A stretch of DNA of 64,000 bases from Eledone cirrhosa (GCA_964016885.1 OZ024740.1:434620001-434684000); one strand, 5' to 3'. Shown: positions 1 to 10,764, numbered from the stretch's first letter. The notes: generated by a model from the letters alone, not told the origin. Numbers and translations are program-made.

Positions 1-1920
1 GCAGAGGAAAGAAAGTTCAAGCATGTTCTACAACGTGAGGACCAAAAACGTGAGGTGTTCAGGATTGCCAGGCAATGTGTCAAGGAAAACCGTGATATTG
101 TCGGGGAGAAGTGTGTACTTAACGATGATGGCATACTTGCCATCACCGACGCTGATAAGAAGGTAGCTTGGAAGTGTCACTACGAAAGGCTTCTAAATGA
201 GGAGAACAAATGGGAGAAAGACAGTCTCCCCCAGATCGATCCAATAGAGGGACCAGCAGTGTTAGTTGAAGGTAGTATAATAAGTAAGGCAATCAAAGAT
301 ATGAAGACGGGTAAGGCGGCTGGGCCTTCGGAAATAGTTGCTGAGATGCTGAAGGCATCTGGTTCGGTGGGACACACCATGGTCACCCGGATAGTTAACC
401 AAGTCGTACAGAATGGGGTTGTTCCGAAGGAATGGCGTAGCAGCATCATCGTTAACTGCTATAAGGGAAAAGGAGATGCCCTAGATAGGAGTAACTATAG
501 AGGCATTAAATTAATCGACCAGGTCATGAAGGTCACGGAAAAAGTAATAGCGCAACTAATCAGAGAGAGAATTGATCTAGATGAAATGCAGTTCGGGTTT
601 GTGTCAGGCAAAAGTACCACAGACGCTCTTTTCATTGTACGACAACTACAGGAGAAGTACCTAGCTAAAAGTAAACCCCTATACTTAGCTTTTGTCGACT
701 TGGAGAAAGCCTTCGACAGAGTCCCCCGTTCCATTATCTGGTGGTCTCTTAGAAAACTAGGTGTTGACGAATGGCTTGTGAGAGCTATACAAGCCATGTA
801 TAAAGAAACAGTCAGTAAGGTTAGAATTAACAACGAATATAGTGAAGAGTTTAGCGTAAAAGTTGGTGTCCATCAGGGCTCTGTACTTAGCCCCCTACTA
901 TTTATTATTGCTCTTCAGGCTATAACAGAGGAGTTCAAGACCGGCTGCCCATGGGAACTCCTATACGCAGATGATCTAACGCTCATAGCTGAATCAATGA
1001 CCGAACTAGAGAAGAAATTCCAAACGTGGAAGCACGGCCTAGAATCAAAAGGCCTTAAAATTAACCTGGCTAAGACTAAAGTTCTAGTTTGTAGGAAAGA
1101 AAATAAGGCGGCGGTCCCATCGGGGAAATGGCCATGCTCAGTGTGTAGGAAAGGCGTAGGTAGAAACTCCATTTTATGTCCCAAATGCAAAGTATGGGTG
1201 CATAAAAGATGTAGTGGGATCACAGGTAAGCTAACTAAGAACATAGATTTTACATGTGGCCGGTGCTCTGGTGCAATAAGTAGCAGCAAGTGCCCACAAA
1301 ATACTAGCTCCTTCAACTGCGCTGAGGGTTCTATAGAAATAGTGGACAGCTTCCGTTATCTGGGTGACAAAATCAGCAGTGGGGGAGGGTGCTCTGAAAG
1401 TACAGTAGCTAGAGTCAGAACTGGATGGAAAAAGTTCAGAGAGCTTATACCACTATTAGCCGCTAGAGGGTTCTCCCTAAAAATGAAAGGCAGGTTATAC
1501 GATGCCTGCATACGAACAGCAATGCTGCATGGCAGTGAGACCTGGGCATTGTGTGCAGAGGATATACGCAGACTAGAGAGGAACGAAGCTTGCATGCTCC
1601 GCTGGATGTGCAATAGTAATATACGTGAACGGCAAAGCATAAACGAACTAAGGAAAAAATTAGAAATAAGAGGGATCAGATGTTGTTTACTCGAGAGAAG
1701 GCTACGTTGGTACGGTCACGTGATGCGCATGAAAGACGACAGCTGTATAACAAAGTGCAGGGCAATAAAGATAGACGGTAGCCACGGAGTAGGCAGACCC
1801 AGAAAAACATGGGACGAGCTGATAAATTCCGACCTCACACGCTTACACCTCTCCAAGACAATGTCACTGGACCGAGACCTTTGGCGGTACTCAGTAATAG
1901 AGAAGACCCGCCTTACCTAA
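1..1920 (+). CDS. RTE LINE reverse transcriptase ORF (5'-partial) with PHD-like Cys/His insertion
   Basis: Frame 1 is open from base 1 (AEERKFKH...) to TAA at 1918-1920. RT motifs: KAAGP, YKGKGD..NYRGI, QFGF, AFVDLEKAFDRV, GVHQGSVLSPLLF, YADD, FRYLG. Confidence 0.93.
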   Translation, partial: AEERKFKHVLQREDQKREVFRIARQCVKENRDIVGEKCVLNDDGILAITDADKKVAWKCHYERLLNEENKWEKDSLPQIDPIEGPAVLVEGSIISKAIKDMKTGKAAGPSEIVAEMLKASGSVGHTMVTRIVNQVVQNGVVPKEWRSSIIVNCYKGKGDALDRSNYRGIKLIDQVMKVTEKVIAQLIRERIDLDEMQFGFVSGKSTTDALFIVRQLQEKYLAKSKPLYLAFVDLEKAFDRVPRSIIWWSLRKLGVDEWLVRAIQAMYKETVSKVRINNEYSEEFSVKVGVHQGSVLSPLLFIIALQAITEEFKTGCPWELLYADDLTLIAESMTELEKKFQTWKHGLESKGLKINLAKTKVLVCRKENKAAVPSGKWPCSVCRKGVGRNSILCPKCKVWVHKRCSGITGKLTKNIDFTCGRCSGAISSSKCPQNTSSFNCAEGSIEIVDSFRYLGDKISSGGGCSESTVARVRTGWKKFRELIPLLAARGFSLKMKGRLYDACIRTAMLHGSETWALCAEDIRRLERNEACMLRWMCNSNIRERQSINELRKKLEIRGIRCCLLERRLRWYGHVMRMKDDSCITKCRAIKIDGSHGVGRPRKTWDELINSDLTRLHLSKTMSLDRDLWRYSVIEKTRLT

Positions 1921-2089
1921 ATACAAAGTAAAAACCTACTACAGTCAGTAGGCACCTCTATCAAAACACACCCCCGTCCCACCACCTTCACCCCACCCAC
2001 ACCGCCCCTTTCAATGTAAAGTTATGTTGGTCCCACAACATCCAGGCCGAAACAAATGAGATCGTGTAGGTCTCACGACAAAAAACACA

Positions 2090-2320
2090 CAGTCCACGCT
2101 GTAAATGTGGCCGTGTAGGCTACACGGTAAAAACCTCCCAGCCCCACACTGTAAATGTGGTTGGTGTTAGGAAGGGCATCCAGCTGTAGAAAACCCGCCA
2201 GACAGTCCACGCTGTAATGTGGCCGTGTAGGCAACACGGTAAAAACCTCCCAGCCCCACACTGTAAATGTGGTTGGTGTTAGGAAGGGCATCCAACTGTA
2301 GAAAACCCGCCAGACAGTCC
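2090..2320 (+). repeat. Tandem ~113-bp duplication in the RTE 3' UTR, each copy built from two related ...CCAC(g/a)CTGTAAATGTGG... subunits
   Basis: agtccacgctgtaa recurs at 2091 and 2204; ggaagggcatcca recurs at ~2171 and ~2282. Confidence 0.85.
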
Positions 2321-2479
2321 TATGCGAGTAAGACAACCACTCTTGCCTCAAGTGGGAAAACCCCCGTCCAAACCCATGCAAGCGTGGAACACGGACGCTA
2401 AACCTGATGATGATGATGATGATGATGAGATTTATATATTATTTATTTCGAGAACAATACCTTAACATCAGTATGAGTG

Positions 2480-2740
2480 GCTGATAAAACCAGTTATGTA
2501 CTTGGGTCAATGTAATGGACTTTCTTCTACCCCCAAATTGCTGGCCTTGTTCCATTGAAGGCAGATTTCTTAGAATGTCGGAAACATGTCTTTTGGTATT
2601 TACTTCGATCACTTAACATTCCGAGTTCAAATCCTGCTGAGGTTAGCTTTGCCATCCATCCTTACAGGGTCAATAAAGTACCAGTAACATACTGGGATCA
2701 ATTTAATTGCTGGCCTTGTGTAATAAGTAGAAACAGTTAT
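2480..2740 (+). mobile_element. Degenerate tRNA-SINE copies (family B)
   Basis: gagttcaaatcc B-box, gcc(t/a)tccatccttacagggtcaataaagtaccagt core and aattgctggccttgtg tail, shared with the copies at 18425 and 18883. Confidence 0.7.
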
Positions 2741-2995
2741 AACCCCCCCTCCCAATCTCCTCTTTCCTCCATGATATTGCCACAGGGAGAGGGGGGTATA
2801 TGTAGTTGTTCCCCTCAGTATTTACATCAGATCTATTCCATCTGATCATCCACCTCTGTCTCTCTCTCTCTCTCTCTACTGCTTCCCCTCCCTTACTATC
2901 TTCTAGTACTTCTCCTCCTACTGCCTCCCTCACACTCCCTGCCTTTTACCGTTCGGTGGTTGGTCAAGTATAGTAGCAGTTAGTACTGTGTTAAA

Positions 2996-5900
2996 ATCAT
3001 CATCATCACCATCATTGTTATTGTGTCGTCTCTTCCATACATGCATGGCTTCCACAGCATCTCCTGTCATCTTCAACTATTTAAGATCAGCTCTCACAAC
3101 CTCTACTGCAGCTCTCACAACCTCTACTGCAGCTCTCACAACCTCTACCCAGCTCTCACAACCTCTACTGCAGCTCTCACAACCTCTACTGCAGCTCTCA
3201 CAAACTCTACTGCAGCTCTCACAACCTCTACTGCAGCTCTCACAACCTCTACTGCAGCTCTCACAACCTCTACTGCAGCTCTCACAACCTCTACTGCAGC
3301 TCTCACAACCTCTACTGCAGCTCTCACAACCTCTACTGCAGCTCTCACAACCTCTACTGCAGCTCTCACAACCTCTACCCAGCTCTCACAACCTCTACTG
3401 CAGCTCTCACAACCTCTACTGCAGCTCTCACAAACTCTACTGCAGCTCTCACAACCTCTACTGCAGCTCTCACAACCTCTACTGCAGCTCTCACAACCTC
3501 TACCCAGCTCTCACAACCTCTACTGCAGCACTCACAACCTCTACTGCAGCTCTCACAACCTCTACTGCAGCTCTCACAACCTCTACTGCAGCTCTCACAA
3601 CCTCTACCCAGCTCTCACAACCTCTACTGCAGCTCTCACAACCTCTACTGCAGCTCTCACAACCTCTACTGCAGCTCTCACAACCTCTACCCAGCTCTCA
3701 CAACCTCTACTGCAGCACTCACAACCTCTACTGCAGCTCTCACAACCTCTACTGCAGCTCTCACAACCTCTATGCAGCTCTCACAACCTCTACTGCAGCT
3801 CTCACAACCTCTATCCAGCTCTCACAACCTCTACTGCAGCTCTCACAACCTCTACTGCAGCTCTCACAACCTCTACTGCAGCTCTCACAACCTCTACCCA
3901 GCTCTCACAACCTCTACCCAGCTCTCACAACCTCTACCCAGCTCTCACAACCTCTACTGCAGCTCTCACAACCTCTACTGCAGCTCTCACAACCTCTACT
4001 GCAGCTCTCACAACCTCTACTGCAGCTCTCACAACCTCTACTGCAGCTCTCACAACCTCTACCCAGCTCTCACAACCTCTACTGCAGCTCTCACAACATC
4101 TACCCAGCTCTCACAACCTCTACCCAGCTCTCACAACCTCTACCCAGCTCTCACAACCTCTACCCAGGTCTCACAACCTCTACCCAGCTCTCACAACCTC
4201 TACCCAGCTCTCACAACCTCTACCCAGCTCTCACAACCTCTACTGTAGCTCTCACAACCTCTACCCAGCTCTCACAACCTCTACTGCAGCTCTCACAACC
4301 TATACCCAGCTTTCACAACCTCTACTGCAGCTCTCACAACCTCTACCCAGCTCTCACAACCTCTACTCAGCTCTCACAACCTCTACCCAGCTCTCACAAC
4401 CTCTACCCAGCTCTCACAACCTCTACCCAGCTCTCAACCTCTACCCAGCTCTCACAACCTCTACTGCAGCTCTCACAACCTCTACCCAGCTCTCACAACC
4501 TCTACCCAGCTCTCACAACCTCTATCCAGCTCTCACAACCTCTACTGCAGCTCTCACAACCTCTACCCAGCTCTCACAACCTCTACCCAGGTCTCACAAC
4601 CTCTACCCAGCTCTCACAACCTCTACTGTAGCTCTCACAACCTCTACTGCAGCTCTCACAACCTCTACTGCAGCTCTCACAACCTCTACCCAACTCTCAC
4701 AACCTCTACCCAGCTCTCACAACCTCTACCCAACTCTCACAACCTCTACCCAGTTCTCACAACCTCTACTGCAGCTCTCACAACCTCTACTGCAGCTCTC
4801 ACAACCTCTATCCAGCTCTCACAATCTCTACCCAGCTCTCACAACCTCTACTGCAGCTCTCACAACCTCTACCCAGCTCTCACAACCTCTACTGCAGCTC
4901 TCACAACCTCTACCCAACTCTCACAACCTCTACCCAGCTCTCACAACCTCTACCCAGCTCTCACAACCTCTACCCAGCTCTCACAACCTCTACCCAGCTC
5001 TCACAACCTCTACCCAGCTCTCACAACCTCTACCCAGCTCTCACAACCTCTACCCAGCTCTCACAACCTCTACCCAGCTCTCACAACCTCTACCCAGCTC
5101 TCACAACCTCTACCCAGCTCTCACAACCTCTACTGCTGCTCTCACAACCTCTACCCAGCTCTCACAACCTCTACCCAGCTCTCACAACCTCTACCCAGTT
5201 CTCACAACCTCTACCCATCTCTCACAACCTCTACCCAGTTCTCACAACCTCTACCCATCTCTCACAACCTCTACCCAGCTCTCACAACCTCTACCCAGCT
5301 CTCACAACCTCTACCCAGCTCTCACAACCTCTACCCAGCTCCCACAACCTCTACTGCAGCTCTCACAACCTCTACCCAGCTCCCACAACCTCTACTGCAG
5401 CTCTCACAACCTCTACCCAGCTCTCACAACCTCTACCCAGCTCTCACAACCTCTACCCAGCTCTCACAACCTCTACCCAGCTCCTACAACTTCTACCCAG
5501 CTCTCACAACCTCTACTGCAGCTCTCACAACCTCTACCCAGCTCTCACTACCTCTACCCAGGTCTCACAACCTCTACCCAGCTCTCACAACCTCTAATAA
5601 GCTCTCACAACCTCTACCCAGCTCCTACAACCTCTACCCAGCTCTCACAACCTCTACTGCAGCTCTCACAACCTCTACCCAGCTCCCACAACCTCTACTG
5701 CAGCTCTCACAACCTCTACCCAGCTCTCACAACCTCTACCCAGCTCTCACGACCTCTACCCAGGCATCACAACCTCTATTGCAGCTCTTACAACCGCTAC
5801 TGCAGCTCTCACAACCTCTACTGCAGCTCTCACAACCTCTACCCAGCTCTCACAACCTCTACCCAGCTCTCACAACCTCTACTGCAGCTCTCACAACCTC

Positions 5901-6525
5901 TACCCACCTCTCACAACCTCTACTGCAGCTCTCACAACCTCTACTGCAGCTCTCACAACCTCTACTGCAGCTCTCACAACCTCTACTGCAGCTCTCACAA
6001 CCTCTACCCAGCTCTCACAACCTCTACCCAGCTCTCACAACCTCTACCCAGCTCTCACAACCTCTACTGCAGCTCTCACAACCTCTACCCAGCTCTCACA
6101 ACCTCTACCCAGCTCTCACAACCTCTACCCAGCTTTCACAACCTCTACCCAGCTCTCACAACCCTTACCCAGCTCTTCCTTGGTCTACCTCCACAGCTCT
6201 CACAACCTCTACTGCAGCTCTCACAACCTCTACTGCAGCTCTCACAACCTCTACCCAGCTCTCACAACCTCTACCCAGCTCTTCCTTGGTCTACCTCTAC
6301 CCAGCTCTCACAACCTCTACTGCAGCTCTCACAACCTCTACTGCAGCTCTCACAACCTCTACTGCAGCTCTCACAACCTCTACCCAGCTCTCACAACCTC
6401 TACCCAGCTCTCACAACCTCTACCCAGCTCTCACAACCTCTACCCAGCTCACCCAGCTCTTCCTTGGTCTACCTCTACTGCAGCTTCTTTCCACAGGGAT
6501 TTCTTAACACTTCTTCACCCAACAT
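2996..6525 (-). mobile_element. Decayed 5'-truncated RTE 3' end split by the 20/21-bp minisatellite
   Basis: The minus-strand flanks translate as WVKKC*EIPVERSCSRGRPRKSW (6520-6452) and VEVVRADLK*LKMTGDAVEAMHVWKR (3107-3033), homologous to CITKCRAIKIDGSHGVGRPRKTWDELINSDL of the intact RTE. A (GAT)n tail lies at ~2996-3017. Confidence 0.8.
3088..6487. repeat. Minisatellite, ~3.4 kb, mixed 21-bp (CAGCTCTCACAACCTCTACTG) and 20-bp (CAGCTCTCACAACCTCTACC) units
   Basis: Directly visible tandem array with two interspersed unit variants. Confidence 0.98.
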
Positions 6526-6732
6526 CATCATCATCATCACCGTTTTACATCTGTTCTTCCATGCTAGCATGGGTTAGACAGGTTGTCCTGTTGTGGGCAG
6601 TGTCCAGTTGGCTGACCTTGCCTTGCTCATACAGGAACTGATTCTGGCTTGATATCTACAGCTGGATGTCCTTCCTAACCCCAACCTCATTTACAGTGAG
6701 TGCTGGCTGCCTTCTTGCCATGGCACCTCCCC
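6523..6732 (-). mobile_element. SINE/RTE-type 3' tail fragment
   Basis: Reverse complement matches 12845-12990 and the RTE 3' UTR (ggttaggaaggacatccagctgtaga ... catggaa ... (GAT)n). Confidence 0.75.
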
Positions 6733-6867
6733 TCCCACTTTACAGTGGGAGGGGTGGGGCATATTGTCTATATGCTTCAGCTTCGGCTTGTACCCGTTGG
6801 GGGTCTTCTGTATTACAGTGTGACCCCTGTGTCATCGCCTTTCAGAGGTGCAACAATCAAATATATT

Positions 6868-7175
6868 TTACAAATAATAATAATAATGATTTCTACTATA
6901 GGTACAAGGCCAGCAATTTGAAAGGTTGTGGAAAGTCAATTAAGTCAACTCCAGTACATTACTGGTATTTTATTGACCCCGTAAGTATGAAAAGCAAAGC
7001 TAAACTCGGAAGGATTAGCTTTGCCTTTCCCTGCCGAGGTTAGCTTTACCGTTCATCGTTACGGGGTCAATAAAGTACCGGTAATGCACTGGGGCTCAAT
7101 TTAATTCCCCCCCCCCCTCAAAATTGCTGGCCTTGTGCCTATAGTAGAAATCATTATTATTATTATTATTTGTAA
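6868..7175. mobile_element. Two truncated family-B SINE copies in inverted (head-to-head) orientation
   Basis: aataataatgatttctactataggtacaaggccagcaatt (6877-6917) is the reverse complement of aattgctggccttgtgcctatagtagaaatcattattatt (7122-7161); the core motifs are also inverted. Confidence 0.8.
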
Positions 7176-7344
7176 TTCCTGCTTATGTTAAAAATGAAAG
7201 AAATATTGAATTTTTTTTTCCAACTTGTGGAATTTTGTAAATGTTCTATTTTAAGAAATGATATTTTGGTAAATATATTTAAAAGTCTGCCTGGTTTAAT
7301 AGACATCCATTTTGTATAATTTATAACTTTTCTTTCTTTTACAG

Positions 7345-7476
7345 TCATCTACTATACATTCAGTACCTATGCTGAAATCAAAAACTCTGACCAACAAAGC
7401 GATTTTGGCTTCAGTCCTGCTTTTGCTGGTAACTTTGAGTATTACCTTGGTTTAGAACAGACTTGGTTGATCAGTG
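7345..7476 (+). CDS. SLC44A: Choline transporter-like protein (CTL/SLC44A), internal exon A
   Basis: ttttacag|...|gtaagt; encodes IYYTFSTYAEIKNSDQQSDFGFSPAFAGNFEYYLGLEQTWLISG; phase is compatible with the next exon. Confidence 0.85.
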
Positions 7477-7501
7477 GTAAGTTTTCAGTTTTTAATTAAA
7501 A

Positions 7502-8185
7502 TTCTTCTTCTTTGCCCATTTATTCCTGAGAGTGTCGTGGGGGCAGAGTCCTCAAACACTCCTTCCAACAGATCCTGTCAGAAGCAACTGTCTCCAACTG
7601 ATCTGGTTAAATCCCCACCCCTGGGTTGCCTACCAGTTGGTTTTACCTGTAAAATCTGTCCAATTCTTTCCTGAGGCATTCTAACCACATGTCCATAGTA
7701 TCGGAGCTGTGATCTCTCAATTCAGAGAAGTAGCAACTCTACCTGGAGCGACTCTCTGATTTCTGAGTTACATACTTCATCAAGTAATGTTACTCCAAAG
7801 ACCCTTCAGAGGAATCCCATTTTGGCCGTTTGTAGTCGTGATGATATTCTTTCGGTCATTACCCAAGGTTTGCAACCATAGTTACGGGTTGGCACGAAAA
7901 CTGAATTGAAGATGGCGAGTTTGGCTTTTACACTTACCTCCCTTCTTCTGATTACTGAATACTGAATCTGGCACATTACTGCATCAGCTCCTGCAATTCT
8001 TATACTTAATTCAGCCTCCTGCCTTCCATCACTCGTGAACATGGCCCCCGAGATACTTGAACTCCTCCACCTGCTTCAGTAGAACTACATTCACATGTAG
8101 AGTGCACTGTGCAGACTTCCTTTAGAGAACGAGTGTCTCAGTTCTCACAGCACTGATATTCCAGCCATGCTGCACTCGGCGTTGT
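7502..8185 (-). mobile_element. Decayed RTE-clade LINE 3' fragment with (GAA)n tail
   Basis: Minus-strand ORF remnant FTSDGRQEAELSIRIAGA...KLAIFNSVFVPTRNYGCKPW (RTE thumb/C-terminus); 3' end is similar to 17945-18325. Confidence 0.85.
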
Positions 8186-8516
8186 AAGTTTAAATAAGTA
8201 TTACCTTCATTTAGAACAGACCTGCTTGGTCAATCGTGTTTAGATTTTAATAAAAGTTTTGTATGCTTTGGTTAAAAATGTGAATTATCATGTTTCAAGC
8301 TGGAGCCGTTCTGGGGCTGTTTTTCAGTGAAAATAGAGTGTTTTCCCCATAAATAGGTTCGAAGATGTGAGAGGGGAAAGGAAAAGGCAAAAAGAAAAAA
8401 AAAGAAAAAAACATATTTGTAGGAAGTCAGTAGTGGTCAAAGTTAAGATGGGAGAAATTATGACATTGGTAGAAGTGGGGAGGTGTTGAAAAGTTGTGTT
8501 AAATGAATGATATATG

Positions 8517-9050
8517 GGGAAGAGTGTGGCTTAGTGGTTAGGGTGTTCAGTTCACAATTGTAAAGTTGTGTATTCAATTTCTGGACTGGGTGTCACATTA
8601 TGTCCTTAAGCAAGACACTTTATTTCATGTTGCTCCAGTTGTGAAGGTGTATGGCTTAGTGGTTAGAGCATTGGACTTGCTATCGAAAGGTTGTGAGTTC
8701 AATTCTCAGACCAGGTGATGTTGTTTCCTTGAGCAAGACACTTTATTTCATGTTCCTCCATTTTACTCAGCTGTAGAAATGAGATGATAGGACTGGGGTC
8801 CCTATCATTAAATTACCCAAGACACCTCCAATGAGATATACCTTGGAGGAGGCCAGCTTTACCTGCAGAGGTGTGAGCTGTCACACACAGTTGACTCATC
8901 AGGCAAAATTAAATTGTTCCTGTAATTGTCCCAATGTGTCTTGCTGAATCTCCCTTAGAACTTGTTAAAGGGTGCACATGTTTGTGGAATGCTCAGCCAC
9001 TTACATGTTAATTTCATGAGCAGGCAGCTCTGTTGAATGAATCAACTGGA
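8517..9050 (+). mobile_element. Tandem tRNA-derived CORE-like SINE copies (family A)
   Basis: A-box tggcttagtggttag and B-box gagttcaattc, followed by ccttgagcaagacactttatttca...cagctgtagaaatgag, which resembles the MIR/CORE domain. Heads start at ~8517 and ~8641. Confidence 0.8.
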
Positions 9051-9552
9051 GTACAGGTGTTTGGAAATGTTGAAAGTTGAACATCACATGGGACAATACT
9101 CCATATCACAGTGATAGGTAAAACTTTCTAAATTTCTACAGATTGTGTAGGAAACAACTGAACTCGGGAATAAATTAAGATTTTCTATATAAAATTATAT
9201 TAACCCTTTCAATACCACATTTCAGATGAAATTTGAATTAGTTATTGAAGAATTTGGAGGAATTTACCAAAAATATTTATTATTTCATTACTAAGATGAT
9301 GTTCGTCCTACATAATTTTACTGTTAAGTTATGTTACAGTTTTAATTTATATAGAAACCCTTTAAAATGGGTTGTTTTATTTGTTGGAACCAGAGATGGT
9401 TTGGGTTGGTTTGGTATCAAAAGGATTAAACACATGGTTTAAATCTCTTCTGTGGCTTTGGTGCACTTTTCTGCCTCACATTGCTATTTATAAGGTCCCT
9501 AATATCTAACTTATGATCTACCACTTGTCTGATTTTAACATTTATAAACAAC

Positions 9553-9556
<4 letters not shown>

Positions 9557-9605
<49 letters not shown>
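9557..9605. repeat. (CT)n microsatellite
   Basis: About 24 CT units. Confidence 0.97.
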
Positions 9606-9608
<3 letters not shown>

Positions 9609-9699
9609 TATAGCTTTTAAAGGTCACAGCTGAAATTATTTCTTCACTTGATATCGGATATTAATGGATTTTTAAACTCTATTTCTTTTCTAACTTCAG

Positions 9700-9799
9700 G
9701 TATTATCTGTACAATTGTATTTGTGATATGTTTGATTTTGCTGATTTTTGTGGCTAAGAAACTCTGCCTTGCCATTGAACTCATTAAGGAAGCAAGTCG
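9700..9799 (+). CDS. SLC44A: CTL/SLC44A exon B
   Basis: cttcag|...|gtaaga; IICTIVFVICLILLIFVAKKLCLAIELIKEASR matches the SLC44 'RIxIAIxLIKEASKA' motif. Confidence 0.92.
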
Positions 9800-10671
9800 G
9801 TAAGAGACAAAGACATTTCTATCATTCATTAATAGGGATATCTCAAACTAGTTCTTACTCTTACTTGTTCCATAGGAAACATAAGTCAACCAATCATCTT
9901 CAATGCTGTCAGCCTGTGGCAGCTCGTTAACATCTGTGCCAGGTGATGTTGACAGTTTGTAGGTCACTTTGGAATGTCTGCCACCAAGTCAACTTTACTC
10001 AGCCTCATCTCAAACAAGACACCAATAATAATAACAACTACCATATTCTACATAGCCAAGATACATAACATTTAACTCTTAACATCATGGACCACATGAA
10101 ATCACAGCAGCAAATGCTGTTTTCTACTTTCAAGAAGTAAAAACAGTTTTATGACTGCATCACATTAAATAATTGAAGACTTTACTTCAATACTGCAAAT
10201 GTTCATATCAATCTATCCAGTAGTAAAAACACTATAAACATTTGCATTAACAAACCCATTTTTATATATTTTCTGCTGATGTTAAGAGTTAAAGAAAAAG
10301 AGTGGAATTTGTTAGAAAGATCCTTTCTCTGAGTTAACTTAAAACTGATCTGTTTCCTAAGTTATTAGTGACTTTACTAATGCACAGCTGTCATACCCTG
10401 GATGATCTAGATAAAAAAATACAGGGTTGACAGGGTGTCAGTGTGTCCACAAATGCATGTAACTGTGATACATTCTACTAAGTCATACTCAATTGCAACT
10501 AACGGCTGTAGTTTATGTTTCAATATATTAGGTGATCCTATTAGAAAGACTGAAAATGTTTTTTGTTTTTTTCTTTAGCTCAGTTTGTTGAAGATTATTT
10601 TTATTGACACTAGAATATTTTGGGACACCAAAGTTAATGATTTTAAAATACAACCATAAATTCTTTTGTAG

Positions 10672-10764
10672 GGCTTCAACCTCTGTGATGTTCACATTTA
10701 TCTGGCCGTTTGTACCGTTTTTATTGGAGTCTGGAATTCTCTTTTACTGGATTACCAGTGCAAT
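10672..10764 (+). CDS. SLC44A: CTL/SLC44A exon C (ends at U12-type donor)
   Basis: tttgtag|...AT|gtatccttct; encodes ASTSVMFTFIWPFVPFLLESGILFYWITSA(I). Confidence 0.9.

Larger units (their letters stand above)
1..2428 (+). mobile_element. RTE-clade non-LTR retrotransposon (LINE), 3' portion with ORF, 3' UTR and (TGA)n tail; 5' end outside window
   Basis: Uninterrupted RT ORF to 1920; 3' UTR with an internal ~113-bp duplication; (TGA)n tail at 2405-2428; RTE-type C-terminus (RRLRWYGHVMR...GRPRKTW). Confidence 0.93.

Noticed and set aside
180-1640. Minus-strand ORFs overlapping the RT
   Set aside because: Antisense shadows of the RTE coding frame.
1-6487. RT next to a repeat array as a retron/DGR/telomerase-like functional unit
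   Set aside because: The RT is a standard RTE LINE with its own 3' tail. The adjacent array belongs to a different, decayed, opposite-strand element, and there is no template/variable repeat pair or ncRNA evidence.
2988-6641. Long + strand ORFs (LSQPLLQ / ALTTSTA / SSHNLY; mucin- or antifreeze-like)
   Set aside because: They are translations of a 20/21-bp minisatellite in all frames, and the unit derives from a minus-strand RTE remnant.
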